The notes under the pieces: generated by a model | What the model was told of the DNA's origin: nothing | Seen by the model: only the letters and a program-made list of their open reading frames with translations | Databases searched by the model: none | Translations under genes and position numbers: made by a program | From: Eledone cirrhosa | Lineage: Eukaryota | Length of the DNA stretch: 64,000 nucleotides | Assembly: GCA_964016885.1 (NCBI GenBank) | Contig: OZ024744.1 | Location: 8,494,001-8,558,000, forward strand | Direction: 5' to 3' | In this document: positions 37,501 through 52,500 of the stretch, piece by piece | Layout of the letters: every line of letters begins with the position of its first letter | Position numbering within the stretch: the stretch's first letter is position 1

Positions 37501-40500
37501 TAATTTAACAATAATCGAAAATACAAGATTTGTTTTGTTTAAGAAAATACGATAGAGAAAATGCGGTGATAGGGAAAATATGATTTTTAGAGGAAAAATA
37601 TGATATAGAATGGTGAAAATATGATATAGTGTGAAATTAGGACATAGAATAGTGATTGAATGAATGGATTCGAATGGAGAGAAGAATCGAGAAAAATATT
37701 TGAACGTATATATTATAGTAGTGTGGTGGTATATATTATAGTAGTGTGGTATATATTATATTAGTGTGGTATATATTATATTAGTGTGGTGTATATTATA
37801 GTAGTGCAATGGATATTATAGTAGTAGTGTATATTTTATAGTAGTGTGGTGGTGTATATTATAGTAGCGTGGTATATATTATAGTAGTGTGGTGGTAAAT
37901 ATTATAGAAGTGTGGTATATATTATAGCAGTCTGGTTTATATTATAGTAATGTGGTATATATTATCGAAGCGTGGTGTATATTATAGTAGTGTGGTGTAT
38001 GTTTGAGTAGTGTTGTGGTGTATATTATAGTAGCGAGAATGTAAGGTTTAAGATAAGATCGCCGTATTTTGGGCATAATTTAACAATAATCGAAAATACA
38101 AGATTTGTTTTGTTTAAGAAAATACGATAGAGAAAATGCGGTGATAGGGAAAATATGATTTTTAGAGGAAAAATATGATATAGAATGGTGAAAATATGAT
38201 ATAGTGTGAAATTAGGACATAGAATAGTGATTGAATGAATGGATTCGAATGGAGAGAAGAATCGAGAAAAAATATGATATAGAATGGTGAAAATATGATA
38301 TAGTGTGAAATTAGGACATAGAATAGTGATTGAATGAATGGATTCGAATGGAGAGAAGAATCGAGAAAAAATATGATATAGAATGGTGAAAATATGATAT
38401 AGTGTGAAATTAGGACATAGAATAGTGATTGAATGAATGGATTCGAATGGAGAGAAGAATCGAGAAAAATATTTGAACGTATATATTATAGTAGTGTGGT
38501 GGTATATATTATAGTAGTGTGGTATATATTATATTAGTGTGGTATATATTATATTAGTGTGGTGTATATTATAGTAGTGTAATGGATATTATAGTAGTAG
38601 TGTATATTTTATAGTAGTGTGGTGGTGTATATTATAGTAATGTGGTATATATTATAGTAGCGTGGTTTATATTATAGTAGTGTGGTGGTAAATATTATAG
38701 AAGTGTGGTATATATTATAGCAGTCTGGTTTATATTATAGTAATGTGGTATATATTATCGTAGCGTGGTGTATATTATAGTAGTGTGGTGTATGTTTGAG
38801 TAGTGTTGTGGTGTATATTATAGTAGTGTGGTGCATATTATTATAGTGTGGTGTATATTAGAGTAGTGTGCTGTATATTATAGTAGTGTGGTACATATTA
38901 TATTTATGTGGTCTATATTATAGTAGTGTGGTTGTTAGCGAGAATGTAAGGTTTAAAATAAGATCGCCGTATTTTGGGCATAATTTAACAATAATCGAAA
39001 ATACAAGATTTGTTTTGTTTAAGAAAATACGATAGAGAAAATGCGGTGATAGGGAAAATATGATTTTTAGAGGAAAAATATGATATAGAATGGTGAAAAT
39101 ATGATATAGTGTGAAATTAGGACATAGAATAGTGATTGAATGAATGGATTCGAATGGAGAGAAGAATCGAGAAAAAATATGATATAGAATGGTGAAAATA
39201 TGATAAAGTGTGAAATTAGGACATAGAATAGTGATTGAATGAATGGATTCGAATGGAGAGAAGAATCGAGAATAAATACATAGAATGGTGAAAATATGAT
39301 ATAGTGTGAAATGAGGACATAGAATAGTGATTGAATGAATGGATTCGAATGGAGAGAAGAATCGAGAAAAATATTTGAACGTATATATTATAGTAGTGTG
39401 GTGGTATATATTATAGTAGTGTGGTATATATTATATTAGTGTGGTATATATTATATTAGTGTGGTGTATATTATAGTAGTGTAATGGATATTATAGTAGT
39501 AGTGTATATTTTATAATAGTGTGGTGGTGTATATTATAGTAATGTGGTATATAGTATAGTAGCGTGGTATATATTATAGTAGTGTGGTGGTAAATATTAT
39601 AGAAGTGTGGTATATATTATAGCAGTCTGGTTTATATTATAGTAATGTGGTATATATTATCGTAGCGTGGTGTATATTATAGTAGTGTGGTGTATGGTTG
39701 AGTAGTGTTGTGGTGTATATTATAGTAGCGAGAATGTAAGGTTTAAGATAAGATCGCCGTATTTTGGGCATAATTTAACAATAATCGAAAATACAAGATT
39801 TGTTTTGTTTAAGAAAATACGATAGAGAAAATGCGGTGATAGGGAAAATATGATTTTTAGAGGAAAAATATGATATAGAATGATGAAAATATGATATAGT
39901 GTGAAATTAGGACATAGAATAGTGATTGAATGAATGGATTCGAATGGATAGAAGAATCGAGAAAAAATATGATATAGAATGGTGAAAATATGATATAGTG
40001 TGAAATTAGGACATAGAATAGTAATTGAATGAATGGATTCGAATGGAGAGAAGAATCGAGAAAAAATATGATATAGAATGGTGAAAATATGATATAGTGT
40101 GAAATTAGGACATAGAATAGTGATTGAATGAATGGATTCGAATGGAGAGAAGAATCGAGAAAAAATATGATATAGAATGGTGAAAATATGATATAGTGTG
40201 AAATTAGGACATAGAATAGCGATTGAATGAATGGATTCGAATGGAGAGAAGAATCGAGAAAAATATTTGAACGCATATATTATAGTAGTGTGGTGGTATA
40301 TATTATAGTAGTGTGGTATATATTATATTAGTGTGGTATATATTATATTAGTGTGGTGTATATTATAGTAGTGTAATGGATATTATAGTAGTAGTGTATA
40401 TTTTATAGTAGTGTGGTGGTGTATATTATAGTAATGTGGTATATTTTATAGTAGCGTGGTATATATTATAGTAGTGTGGTGGTAAATATTATAGAAGTGT

Positions 40501-43500
40501 GGTATATATTATAGCAGTCTGGTTTATATTATAGTAATGTGGTATATATTATCGTAGCGTGGTGTATATTATAGTAGTGTGGTGTATGTTTGAGTAGTGT
40601 TGTGGTGTATATTATAGTAGCGAGAATGTAAGGTTTAAGATAAGATCGCCGTATTTTGGGCGTAATTTAACAATAATCGAAAATACAAGATTTGTTTTGT
40701 TTAAGAAAATACGATAGAGAAAATGCGGTGATAGGGAAAATATGATTTTTAGAGGAAAAATATGATATAGAATGGTGAAAATATGATATAGTGTGAAATT
40801 AGGACATAGAATAGTGATTGAATGAATGGATTCGAATGGAGAGAAGAATCGAGAAAAATATTTGAACGTATATATTATAGTAGTGTGGTGGTATATATTA
40901 TAGTAGTGCGGTATATATTATATTAGTGTGGTATATATTATATTAGTGTGGTGGTAAATATTATAGAAGTGTGGTATATATTATAGCAGTCTGGTTTATA
41001 TTATAGTAATGTGGTATATATTATCGTAGCGTGGTGTATATTATAGTAGTGTGGTGTATGTTTGAGTAGTGTTGTGGTGTATATTATAGTAGTGTGGTGC
41101 ATATTATTATAGTGTGGTGTATATTAGAGTAGTGTGCTGTATATTATAGTAGTGTGGTACATATTATATTTATGTGGTCTATATTATAGTAGTGTGGTTG
41201 TTAGCGAGAATGTAAGGTTTAAGATAAGATCGCCGTATTTTGAGCATAATTTAACAATAATCGAAAATACAAGATTTGTTTTGTTTAAGAAAATACGATA
41301 GAGAAAATGCGGTGATAGGGAAAATATGATTTTTAGAGGAAAAATATGATATAGAATGGTGAAAATATGATATAGTGTGAAATTAGGACATAGAATAGTG
41401 ATTGAATGAATGGATTCGAATGGAGAGAAGAATCGAGAAAAATATTTGAACGTATATATTATAGTAGTGTGGTGGTATATATTATAGTAGTGTGGTATAT
41501 ATTATATTAGTGTGGTATATATTATATTAGTGTGGTGTATATTATAGTAGTGCAATGGATATTATAGTAGTAGTGTATATTTTATAGTAGTGTGGTGGTG
41601 TATATTATAGTAGCGTGGTATATATTATAGTAGTGTGGTGGTAAATATTATAGAAGTGTGGTATATATTATAGCAGTCTGGTTTATATTATAGTAATGTG
41701 GTATATATTATCGAAGCGTGGTGTATATTATAGTAGTGTGGTGTATGTTTGAGTAGTGTTGTGGTGTATATTATAGTAGCGAGAATGTAAGGTTTAAGAT
41801 AAGATCGCCGTATTTTGGGCATAATTTAACAATAATCGAAAATACAAGATTTGTTTTGTTTAAGAAAATACGATAGAGAAAATGCGGTGATAGGGAAAAT
41901 ATGATTTTTAGAGGAAAAATATGATATAGAATGGTGAAAATATGATATAGTGTGAAATTAGGACATAGAATAGTGATTGAATGAATGGATTCGAATGGAG
42001 AGAAGAATCGAGAAAAAATATGATATAGAATGGTGAAAATATGATATAGTGTGAAATTAGGACATAGAATAGTGATTGAATGAATGGATTCGAATGGAGA
42101 GAAGAATCGAGAAAAAATATGATATAGAATGGTGAAAATATGATATAGTGTGAAATTAGGACATAGAATAGTGATTGAATGAATGGATTCGAATGGAGAG
42201 AAGAATCGAGAAAAATATTTGAACGTATATATTATAGTAGTGTGGTGGTATATATTATAGTAGTGTGGTATATATTATATTAGTGTGGTATATATTATAT
42301 TAGTGTGGTGTATATTATAGTAGTGTAATGGATATTATAGTAGTAGTGTATATTTTATAGTAGTGTGGTGGTGTATATTATAGTAATGTGGTATATATTA
42401 TAGTAGCGTGGTTTATATTATAGTAGTGTGGTGGTAAATATTATAGAAGTGTGGTATATATTATAGCAGTCTGGTTTATATTATAGTAATGTGGTATATA
42501 TTATCGTAGCGTGGTGTATATTATAGTAGTGTGGTGTATGTTTGAGTAGTGTTGTGGTGTATATTATAGTAGTGTGGTGCATATTATAATAGTGTGGTGT
42601 ATATTAGAGTAGTGTGCTGTATATTATAGTAGTGTGGTACATATTATATTTATGTGGTCTATATTATAGTAGTGTGGTTGTTAGCGAGAATGTAAGGTTT
42701 AAGATAAGATCGCCGTATTTTGGGCATAATTTAACAATAATCGAAAATACAAGATTTGTTTTGTTTAAGAAAATACGATAGAGAAAATGCGGTGATAGGG
42801 AAAATATGATTTTTAGAGGAAAAATATGATATAGAATGGTGAAAATATGATATAGTCTGAAATTAGGACATAGAATAGTGATTGAATGAATGGATTCGAA
42901 TGGAGAGAAGAATCGAGAAAAATATTTGAACGTATATATTATAGTAGTGTGGTGGTATATATTATAGTAGTGTGGTATATATTATATTAGTGTGGTATAT
43001 ATTATATTAGTGTGGTGGTAAATATTATAGAAGTGTGGTATATATTATAGCAGTCTGGTGTATATTATAGTAATGTGGTATATATTATCGTAGCGTGGTG
43101 TATATTATAGTAGTGTGGTGTATGTTTGAGTAGTGTTGTGGTGTATATTATAGTAGTGTGGTGCATATTATTATAGTGTGGTGTATATTAGAGTAGTATG
43201 CTGTATATTATAGTAGTGTGGTACATATTATATTTATGTGGTCTATATTATAGTAGTGTGGTTGTTAGCGAGAATGTAAGGTTTAAGATAAGATCGCTGT
43301 ATTTTGGGCATAATTTAACAATAATCGAAAATACAAGATTTGTTTTGTTTAAGAAAATACGATGGAGAAAATGCAGTGATAGGGAAAATATGATTTTTAG
43401 AGAAAAAATATGATATAGAATGGTGAAAATATGATATAGTGTGAAATTAGGACATAGAATAGTGATTGAATGAATAGATTCGAATGGAGAGAAGAATCGA

Positions 43501-46500
43501 GAAAAATATTTGAACGTATATATTATAGTAGTGTGGTGGTATATATTATAGTAGTGTGGTATATATTATATTAGTGTGGTATATATTATATTAGTGTGGT
43601 GTATATTATAGTAGTGTAATGGATATTATAGTAGTAGTGTATATTTTATAGTAGTGTGGTGGTGTATATTATAGTAATGTGGTATATATTATAGTAGCGT
43701 GGTATATATTATAATAGTGTGGTGGTAAATATTATAGAAGTGTGGTATATATTATAGCAGTCTGGTTTATATTATAGTAATGTGGTATATATTATCGAAG
43801 CGTGGTGTATATTATAGTAGTGTGGTGTATGTTTGAGTAGTGTTGTGGTGTATATTATAGTAGCGAGAATGTAAGGTTTAAGATAAGATCGCCGTATTTT
43901 GGGCATAATTTAACAATAATCGAAAATACAAGATTTGTTTTGTTTAAGAAAATACGATAGAGAAAATGCGGTGATAGGGAAAATATGATTTTTAGAGGAA
44001 AAATATGATATAGAATGGTGAAAATATGATATAGTGTGAAATTAGGACATAGAATAGTGATTGAATGAATGGATTCGAATGGAGAGAAGAATCGAGAAAA
44101 AATATGATATAGAATGGTGAAAATATGATATAGTGTGAAATTAGGACATAGAATAGTGATTGAATGAATGGATTCGAATGGAGAGAAGAATCGAGAAAAA
44201 TATTTGAACGTATATATTATAGTAGTGTGGTGGTATATATTATAGTAGTGTGGTATATATTATATTAGTGTGGTATATATTATATTAGTGTGGTGTATAT
44301 TATAGTAGTGTAATGGATATTATAGTAGTAGTGTATATTTTATAGTAGTGTGGTGGTGTATATTATAGTAATGTGGTATATATTATAGTAGCGTGTTATA
44401 TATTATAGTAGTGTGGTGGTAAATATTATAGAAGTGTGGTATATATTATAGCAGTCTGGTTTATATTATAGTAATGTGGTATATATTATCGTAGCGTGGT
44501 GTATATTATAGTAGTATGGTGTATGTTTGAGTAGTGTTGTGGTGTATATTATAGTAGCGAGAATGTAAGGTTTAAGATAAGATCGCCGTATTTTGGGCAT
44601 AATTTAACAATAATCGAAAATACAAGATTTGTTTTGTTTAAGAAAATACGATAGAGAAAATGCGGTGATAGGGAAAATATGATTTTTAGAGGAAAATTAT
44701 GATATAGAATGGTGAAAATATGATATAGTGTGAAATTAGGAGTAGTATTATAGTAGTATTATAGAAGTGTGGTATATAATATAGCAGTCTGGTTTATATT
44801 ATAGTAATGTGGTATATATTATCGTAGCGTGGTATATATTATAGTAGTATGGTGTATGTTTGAGTAGTGTTGTGGTGTATATTATAGTAGCGAGAATGTA
44901 AGGTTTAAGATAAGATCGCCGTATTTTGGGCATAATTTAACAATAATCGAAAATACAAGTTTTGTTTTGTTTAAGAAAATACGATATAGAATGGTGAAAA
45001 TATGATATATTGTGAAATTAGGACATAGAATAGTGATTGAATGAATGGATTCGAATGGAGAGAAGAATCGAGAAAAAATATGATATAGAATGGTGAAAAT
45101 ATGATATAGTGTGAAATTAGGACATAGAATAGTGATTGAATGAATGGATTCGAATGGAGAGAAGAATCGAGAAAAATATTTGAACGTATATAGTATAGTA
45201 GTATTATAGAAGTGTGGTATATAATATAGCAGTCTGGTTTATATTATAGTAATGTGGTATATATTATCGTAGCGTGGTATATATTATAGTAGTATGGTGT
45301 ATGTTTGAGTAGTGTTGTGGTGTATATTATAGTAGCGAGAATGTAAGGTTTAAGATAAGATCGCCGTATTTTGGGCATAATTTAACAATAATCGAAAATA
45401 CAAGATTTGTTTTGTTTAAGAAAATACGATAGAGAAAATGCGGTGATAGGGAAAATATGATTTTTAGAGGAAAAATATGATATAGAATGGTGAAAATATA
45501 ATATAGTGTGAAATTAGGACATAGAATAGTGATTGAATGAATGGATTCGAATGGAGAGAAGAATCGAGAAAAAATATGATATAGAATGGTGAAAATATGA
45601 TATATTGTGAAATTAGGACATAGAATAGTGATTGAATGAATGGATTCGAATGGAGAGAAGAATCGAGAAAAAATATGATATAGAATGGTGAAAATATGAT
45701 ATAGTGTGAAATTAGGACATAGAATAGTGATTGAATGAATGGATTCGAATGGAGAGAAGAATCGAGAAAAATATTTGAACGTATATATTATAGTAGTGTG
45801 GTGGTATATATTATAGTAGTGTGGTATATATTATATTAGTGTGGTATATATTATATTAGTGTGGTGGTAAATATTATAGTAGTGTAATGGATATTATAGT
45901 AGTTGTATATATTTTATAGTAGTGTGGTGGTGTATATTATAGTAATGTGGTATATATTATAGTAGCGTGGTATATATTATAGTAGTGTGGTGGTAAATAT
46001 TATAGAAGTGTGGTATATATTATAGCAGTCTGGTTTATATTATAGTAATGTGGTATATATTATCGTAGCGTGGTGTATATTATAGTAGTGTGGTGTATGT
46101 TTGAGTAGTGTTGTGGTGTATATTATAGTAGCGAGAATGTAAGGTTTAAGATAAGATCGCCGTATTTTGGGCATAATTTAACAATAATCGAAAATACAAG
46201 ATTTGTTTTGTTTAAGAAAATACGATAGAGAAAATGCGGTGATAGGAAAATATGATTTTTAGAGGAAAAATATGATATAGAATGGTTTAAAATATGATAT
46301 AGTGTGAAATTAGGACATAGAATAGTGATTGAATGAATGGATTCGAATGGAGAGAAGAATCGAGAAAAAATATGATATAGAATGGTGAAAATATGATATA
46401 GTGTGAAATTAGGACATAGAATAGTGATTGAACGAATGGATTCGAATGGAGAGAAGAATCGAGAAAAAATATGATATAGAATGGTGAAAATATGATATAG

Positions 46501-49500
46501 TGTGAAATTAGGACATAGAATAGTGATTGAATGAATGGATTCGAATGGAGAGAAGAATCGAGAAAAAATATGATATAGAATGGTGAAAATATGATATAGT
46601 GTGAAATTAGGACATAGAATAGCGATTGAATGAATGGATTCGAATGGAGAGAAGAATCGAGAAAAATATTTGAACGCATATATTATAGTAGTGTGGTGGT
46701 ATATATTATAGTAGTGTGGTATATATTATATTAGTGTGGTATATATTATATTAGTGTGGTGTATATTATAGTAGTGTAATGGATATTATAGTAGTAGTGT
46801 ATATTTTATAGTAGTGTGGTGGTGTATATTATAGTAATGTGGTATATATTATAGTAGCGTGGTTTATATTATAGTAGTGTGGTGGTAAATATTATAGAAG
46901 TGTGGTATATATTATAGCAGTCTGGTTTATATTATAGTAATGTGGTATATATTATCGTAGCGTGGTGTATATTATAGTAGTGTGGTGTATGTTTGAGTAG
47001 TGTTGTGGTGTATATTATAGTAGTGTGGTGCATATTATGATAGTGTGGTGTATATTAGAGTAGTGTGCTGTATATTATAGTAGTGTGGTGCATATTATAT
47101 TTATGTGGTCTATATTATAGTAGTGTAGTTGTTAGCGAGAATGTAAGGTTTAAGATAAGATCGCCGTATTTTGGGCATAATTTAACAATAATCGAAAATA
47201 CAAGATTTGTTTTGTTTAAGAAAATACGATAGAGAAAATGCGGTGATAGGGAAAATAGGATTTTTAGAGAAAAAATATGATATAGAATGGTGAAAATATG
47301 ATATAGTGTGAAATTAGGACATAGAATAGTGATTGAATGAATGGATTCGAATGGAGAGAAGAATCGAGAAAAATATTTGAACGTATATATTATAGTAGTG
47401 TGGTGGTATATATTATAGCAGTGTGGTATATATTATATTAGTGTGGTATATATTATATTAGTGTGGTGTATATTATAGTAGTGTAATGGATATTATAGTA
47501 GTAGTGTATATTTTATAGTAGTGTGGTGGTGTATATTATAGTAATGTGGTATATTTTATAGTAGCGTGGTATATATTATAGTAGTGTGGTGGTAAATATT
47601 ATAGAAGTGTGGTATATATTATAGCAGTCTGGTTTATATTATAGTAATGTGGTATATATTATCGTAGCGTGGTGTATATTATAGTAGTGTGGTGTATGTT
47701 TGAGTAGTGTTGTGGTGTATATTATAGTAGCGAGAATGTAAGGTTTAAGATAAGATCGCCGTATTTTGGGCATAATTTAACAATAATCGAAAATACAAGA
47801 TTTGTTTTGTTTAAGAAAATACGATAGAGAAAATGCGGTGATAGGGAAAATATGATTTTTAGAGGAAAAATATGATATAGAATGGTGAAAATATGATATA
47901 GTGTGAAATTAGGACATAGAATAGTGATTGAATGAATGGATTCGAATGGAGAGAAGAATCGAGAAAAATATTTGAACGTATATATTATAGTAGTGTGGTG
48001 GTATATATTATAGTAGTGTGGTATATATTATATTAGTGTGGTATATATTATATTAGTGTGGTGGTAAATATTATAGAAGTGTGGTATATATTATAGCAGT
48101 CTGGTTTATATTATAGTAATGTGGTATATATTATCGTAGCGTGGTGTATATTATAGTAGTGTGGTGTATGTTTGAGTAGTGTTGTGGTGTATATTATAGT
48201 AGTGTGGTGCATATTATTATAGTGTGGTGTATATTAGAGTAGTGTGCTGTATATTATAGTAGTGTGGTGCATATTATATTTATGTGGTCTATATTATAGT
48301 AGTGTGGTTGTTAGCGAGAATGTAAGGTTTAAGATAAGATCGCCGTATTTTGGGCATAATTTAACAATAATCGAAAATACAAGATTTGTTTTGTTTAAGA
48401 AAATACGATAGAGAAAATGCGGTGATAGGGAAAATATGATTTTTAGAGGAAAAATATGATATAGAATGGTGAAAATATGATATAGTGTGAAATTAGGACA
48501 TAGAATAGTGATTGAATGAATGGATTCGAATGGAGAGAAGAATCGAGAAAAATATTTGAACGTATATATTATAGTAGTGTGGTGGTATATATTATAGTAG
48601 TGTGGTATATATTATATTAGTGTGGTATATATTATATTAGTGTGGTGTATATTATAGTAGTGTAATTGATATTATAGTAGTAGTGTATATTTTATAGTAG
48701 TGTGGTGGTGTATAGTATAGTAGCGTGGTATATATTATAGTAGTGTGGTGGTAAATATTATAGAAGTGTGGTATATATTATAGCAGTCTGGTTTATATTA
48801 TAGTAATGTGGTATATATTATCGAAGCGTGGTGTATATTATAGTAGTGTGGTGTATGTATGAGTAGTGTTGTGGTGTATATTATAGTAGCGAGAATGTAA
48901 GGTTTAAGATAAGATCGCCGTATTTTGGGCATAATTTAACAATAATCGAAAATACAAGATTTGTTTTGTTTAAGAAAATACGATAGAGAAAATCCGGTGA
49001 TAGGGAAAATATGATTTTTAGAGGAAAAATATGATATAGAATGGTGAAAATATGATATAGTGTGAAATTAGGACATAGAATAGTGATTGAATGAATGGAT
49101 TCGAATGGAGAGAAGAATCGAGAAAAAATATGATATAGAATGGTGAAAATATGATATAGTGTGAAATTAGGACATAGAATAGTGATTGAATGAATGGATT
49201 CGAATGGAGAGAAGAATCGAGAAAAATATTTGAACGTATATATTATAGTAGTGTGGTGGTATATATTATAGTAGTGTGGTATATATTATATTAGCGTGGT
49301 ATATATTATATTAGTGTGGTGTATATTATAGTAGTGTAATGGATATTATAGTAGTAGTGTATATTTTATAGTAGTGTGGTGGTGTATATTATAGTAATGT
49401 GGTATATATTATAGTAGCGTGTTATATATTATAGTAGTGTGGTGGTAAATATTATAGAATGTGGTATATATTATAGCAGTCTGGTTTATATTATAGTAAT

Positions 49501-52500
49501 GTGGTATATATTATCGTAGCGTGGTGTATATTATAGTAGTGTGGTGTATGTTTGAGTAGTGTTGTGGTGTATATTATAGTAGCGAGAATGTAAGGTTTAA
49601 GATAAGTTCGCCGTATTTTGGGCATAATTTAACAATAATCGAAAATACAAGATTTGTTTTGTTTAAGAAAATACGATAGAGGAAATGCGGTGATAGCGAA
49701 AATATGATTCTTACAGGAAAAATATGATATAGAATGGTGAAAATATGATATTATGTGAAATTAGGACATAGAATAGTGATTGAATGAATGGATTCGAATG
49801 GAGAGAAGAATCGAGAAAAATATTTGAACGTATATATTATAGTAGTGTGGTGGTATATATTATAGTAGTGTGGTATATATTATATTAGTGTGGTATATAT
49901 TATATTAGTGTGGTGTATATTATAGTAGTGTAATGGATATTATAGTAGTAGTATATATTTTATAGTATTGAGGTGGTGTATATTATAGTAATGTGGTATA
50001 TATTATAGTAGCGTGGTATATATTATAGTAGTGTGGTGCTAAATATTATAGAAGTGTGGTATATATTATAGCAGTCTGGTTTATATTATAGTAATGTGGT
50101 ATATATTATCGTAGCGTGGTGTATGTTATAGTAGTGTGGTGTATGTTTGAGTAGTGTTGTGGTGTATATTATAGTAGCGAGAATGTAAGGTTTAAGATAA
50201 GATCGCCGTATTTTGGGCATAATTTAACAATAATCGAAAATACAAGATTTGTTTTGTTTAAGAAAATACGATAGAGAAAATGCGGTGATAGGGAAAATAT
50301 GATTTTTAGAGGAAAAATATGATATAGAATGGTGAAAATATGATATAGTGTGAAATTAGGACATAGAATAGTGATTGAATGAATGGATTCGAATGGAGAG
50401 AAGAATCGAGAAAAAATATGATATAGAATGGTGAAAATATGATATAGTGTGAAATTAGGACATAGAATAGTGATTGAATGAATGGATTCGAATGGAGAGA
50501 AGAATCGAGAAAAAATATGATATAGAATGGTGAAAATATGATATAGTGTGAAATTAGGACATAGAATAGCGATTGAATGAATGGATTCGAATGGAGAGAA
50601 GAATCGAGAAAAATATTTGAACGCATATATTATAGTAGTGTGGTGGTATATATTATAGTAGTGTGGTATATATTATATTAGTGTGGTATATATTATATTA
50701 GTGTGGTGTATATTATAGTAGTGTAATGGATATTATAGTAGTAGTGTATATTTTATAGTAGTGTGGTGGTGTATATTATAGTAATGTGGTATATATTATA
50801 GTAGCGTGGTTTATATTATAGTAGTGTGGTGGTAAATATTATAGAAGTGTGGTATATATTATAGCAGTCTGGTTTATATTATAGTAATGTGGTATATATT
50901 ATCGTAGCGTGGTGTATATTATAGTAGTGTGGTGTATGTTTGAGTAGTGTTGTGGTGTATATTATAGTAGTGTGGTGCATATTATGATAGTGTGGTGTAT
51001 ATTAGAGTAGTGTGCTGTATATTATAGTAGTGTGGTGCATATTATATTTATGTGGTCTATATTATAGTAGTGTAGTTGTTAGCGAGAATGTAAGGTTTAA
51101 GATAAGATCGCCGTATTTTGGGAATAATTTAACAATAATCGAAAATACAAGATTTGTTTTGTTTAAGAAAATACGATAGAGAAAATGCGGTGATAGGGAA
51201 AATAGGATTTTTAGAGAAAAAATATGATATAGAATGGTGAAAATATGATATAGTGTGAAATTAGGACATAGAATAGTGATTGAATGAATGGATTCGAATG
51301 GAGAGAAGAATCGAGAAAAATATTTGAACGTATATATTATAGTAGTGTGGTGGTATATATTATAGCAGTGTGGTATATATTATATTAGTGTGGTATATAT
51401 TATATTAGTGTGGTGTATATTATAGTAGTGTAATGGATATTATAGTAGTAGTGTATATTTTATAGTAGTGTGGTGGTGTATATTATAGTAATGTGGTATA
51501 TTTTATAGTAGCGTGGTATATATTATAGTAGTGTGGTGGTAAATATTATAGAAGTGTGGTATATATTATAGCAGTCTGGTTTATATTATAGTAATGTGGT
51601 ATATATTATCGTAGCGTGGTGTATATTATAGTAGTGTGGTGTATGTTTGAGTAGTGTTGTGGTGTATATTATAGTAGCGAGAATGTAAGGTTTAAGATAA
51701 GATCGCCGTATTTTGGGCATAATTTAACAATAATCGAAAATACAAGATTTGTTTTGTTTAAGAAAATACGATAGAGAAAATGCGGTGATAGGGAAAATAT
51801 GATTTTTAGAGGAAAAATATGATATAGAATGGTGAAAATATGATATAGTGTGAAATTAGGACATAGAATAGTGATTGAATGAATGGATTCGAATGGAGAG
51901 AAGAATCGAGAAAAATATTTGAACGTATATATTATAGTAGTGTGGTGGTATATATTATAGTAGTGTGGTATATATTATATTAGTGTGGTATATATTATAT
52001 TAGTGTGGTGGTAAATATTATAGAAGTGTGGTATATATTATAGCAGTCTGGTTTATATTATAGTAATGTGGTATATATTATCGTAGCGTGGTGTATATTA
52101 TAGTAGTGTGGTGTATGTTTGAGTAGTGTTGTGGTGTATATTATAGTAGTGTGGTGCATATTATTATAGTGTGGTGTATATTAGAGTAGTGTGCTGTATA
52201 TTATAGTAGTGTGGTGCATATTATATTTATGTGGTCTATATTATAGTAGTGTGGTTGTTAGCGAGAATGTAAGGTTTAAGATAAGATCGCCGTATTTTGG
52301 GCATAATTTAACAATAATCGAAAATACAAGATTTGTTTTGTTTAAGAAAATACGATAGAGAAAATGCGGTGATAGGGAAAATAGGATTTTTAGAGGAAAA
52401 ATATGATATAGAATGGTGAAAATATGATATAGTGTGAAATTAGGACATAGAATAGTGATTGAATGAATGGATTCGAATGGAGAGAAGAATCGAGAAAAAT

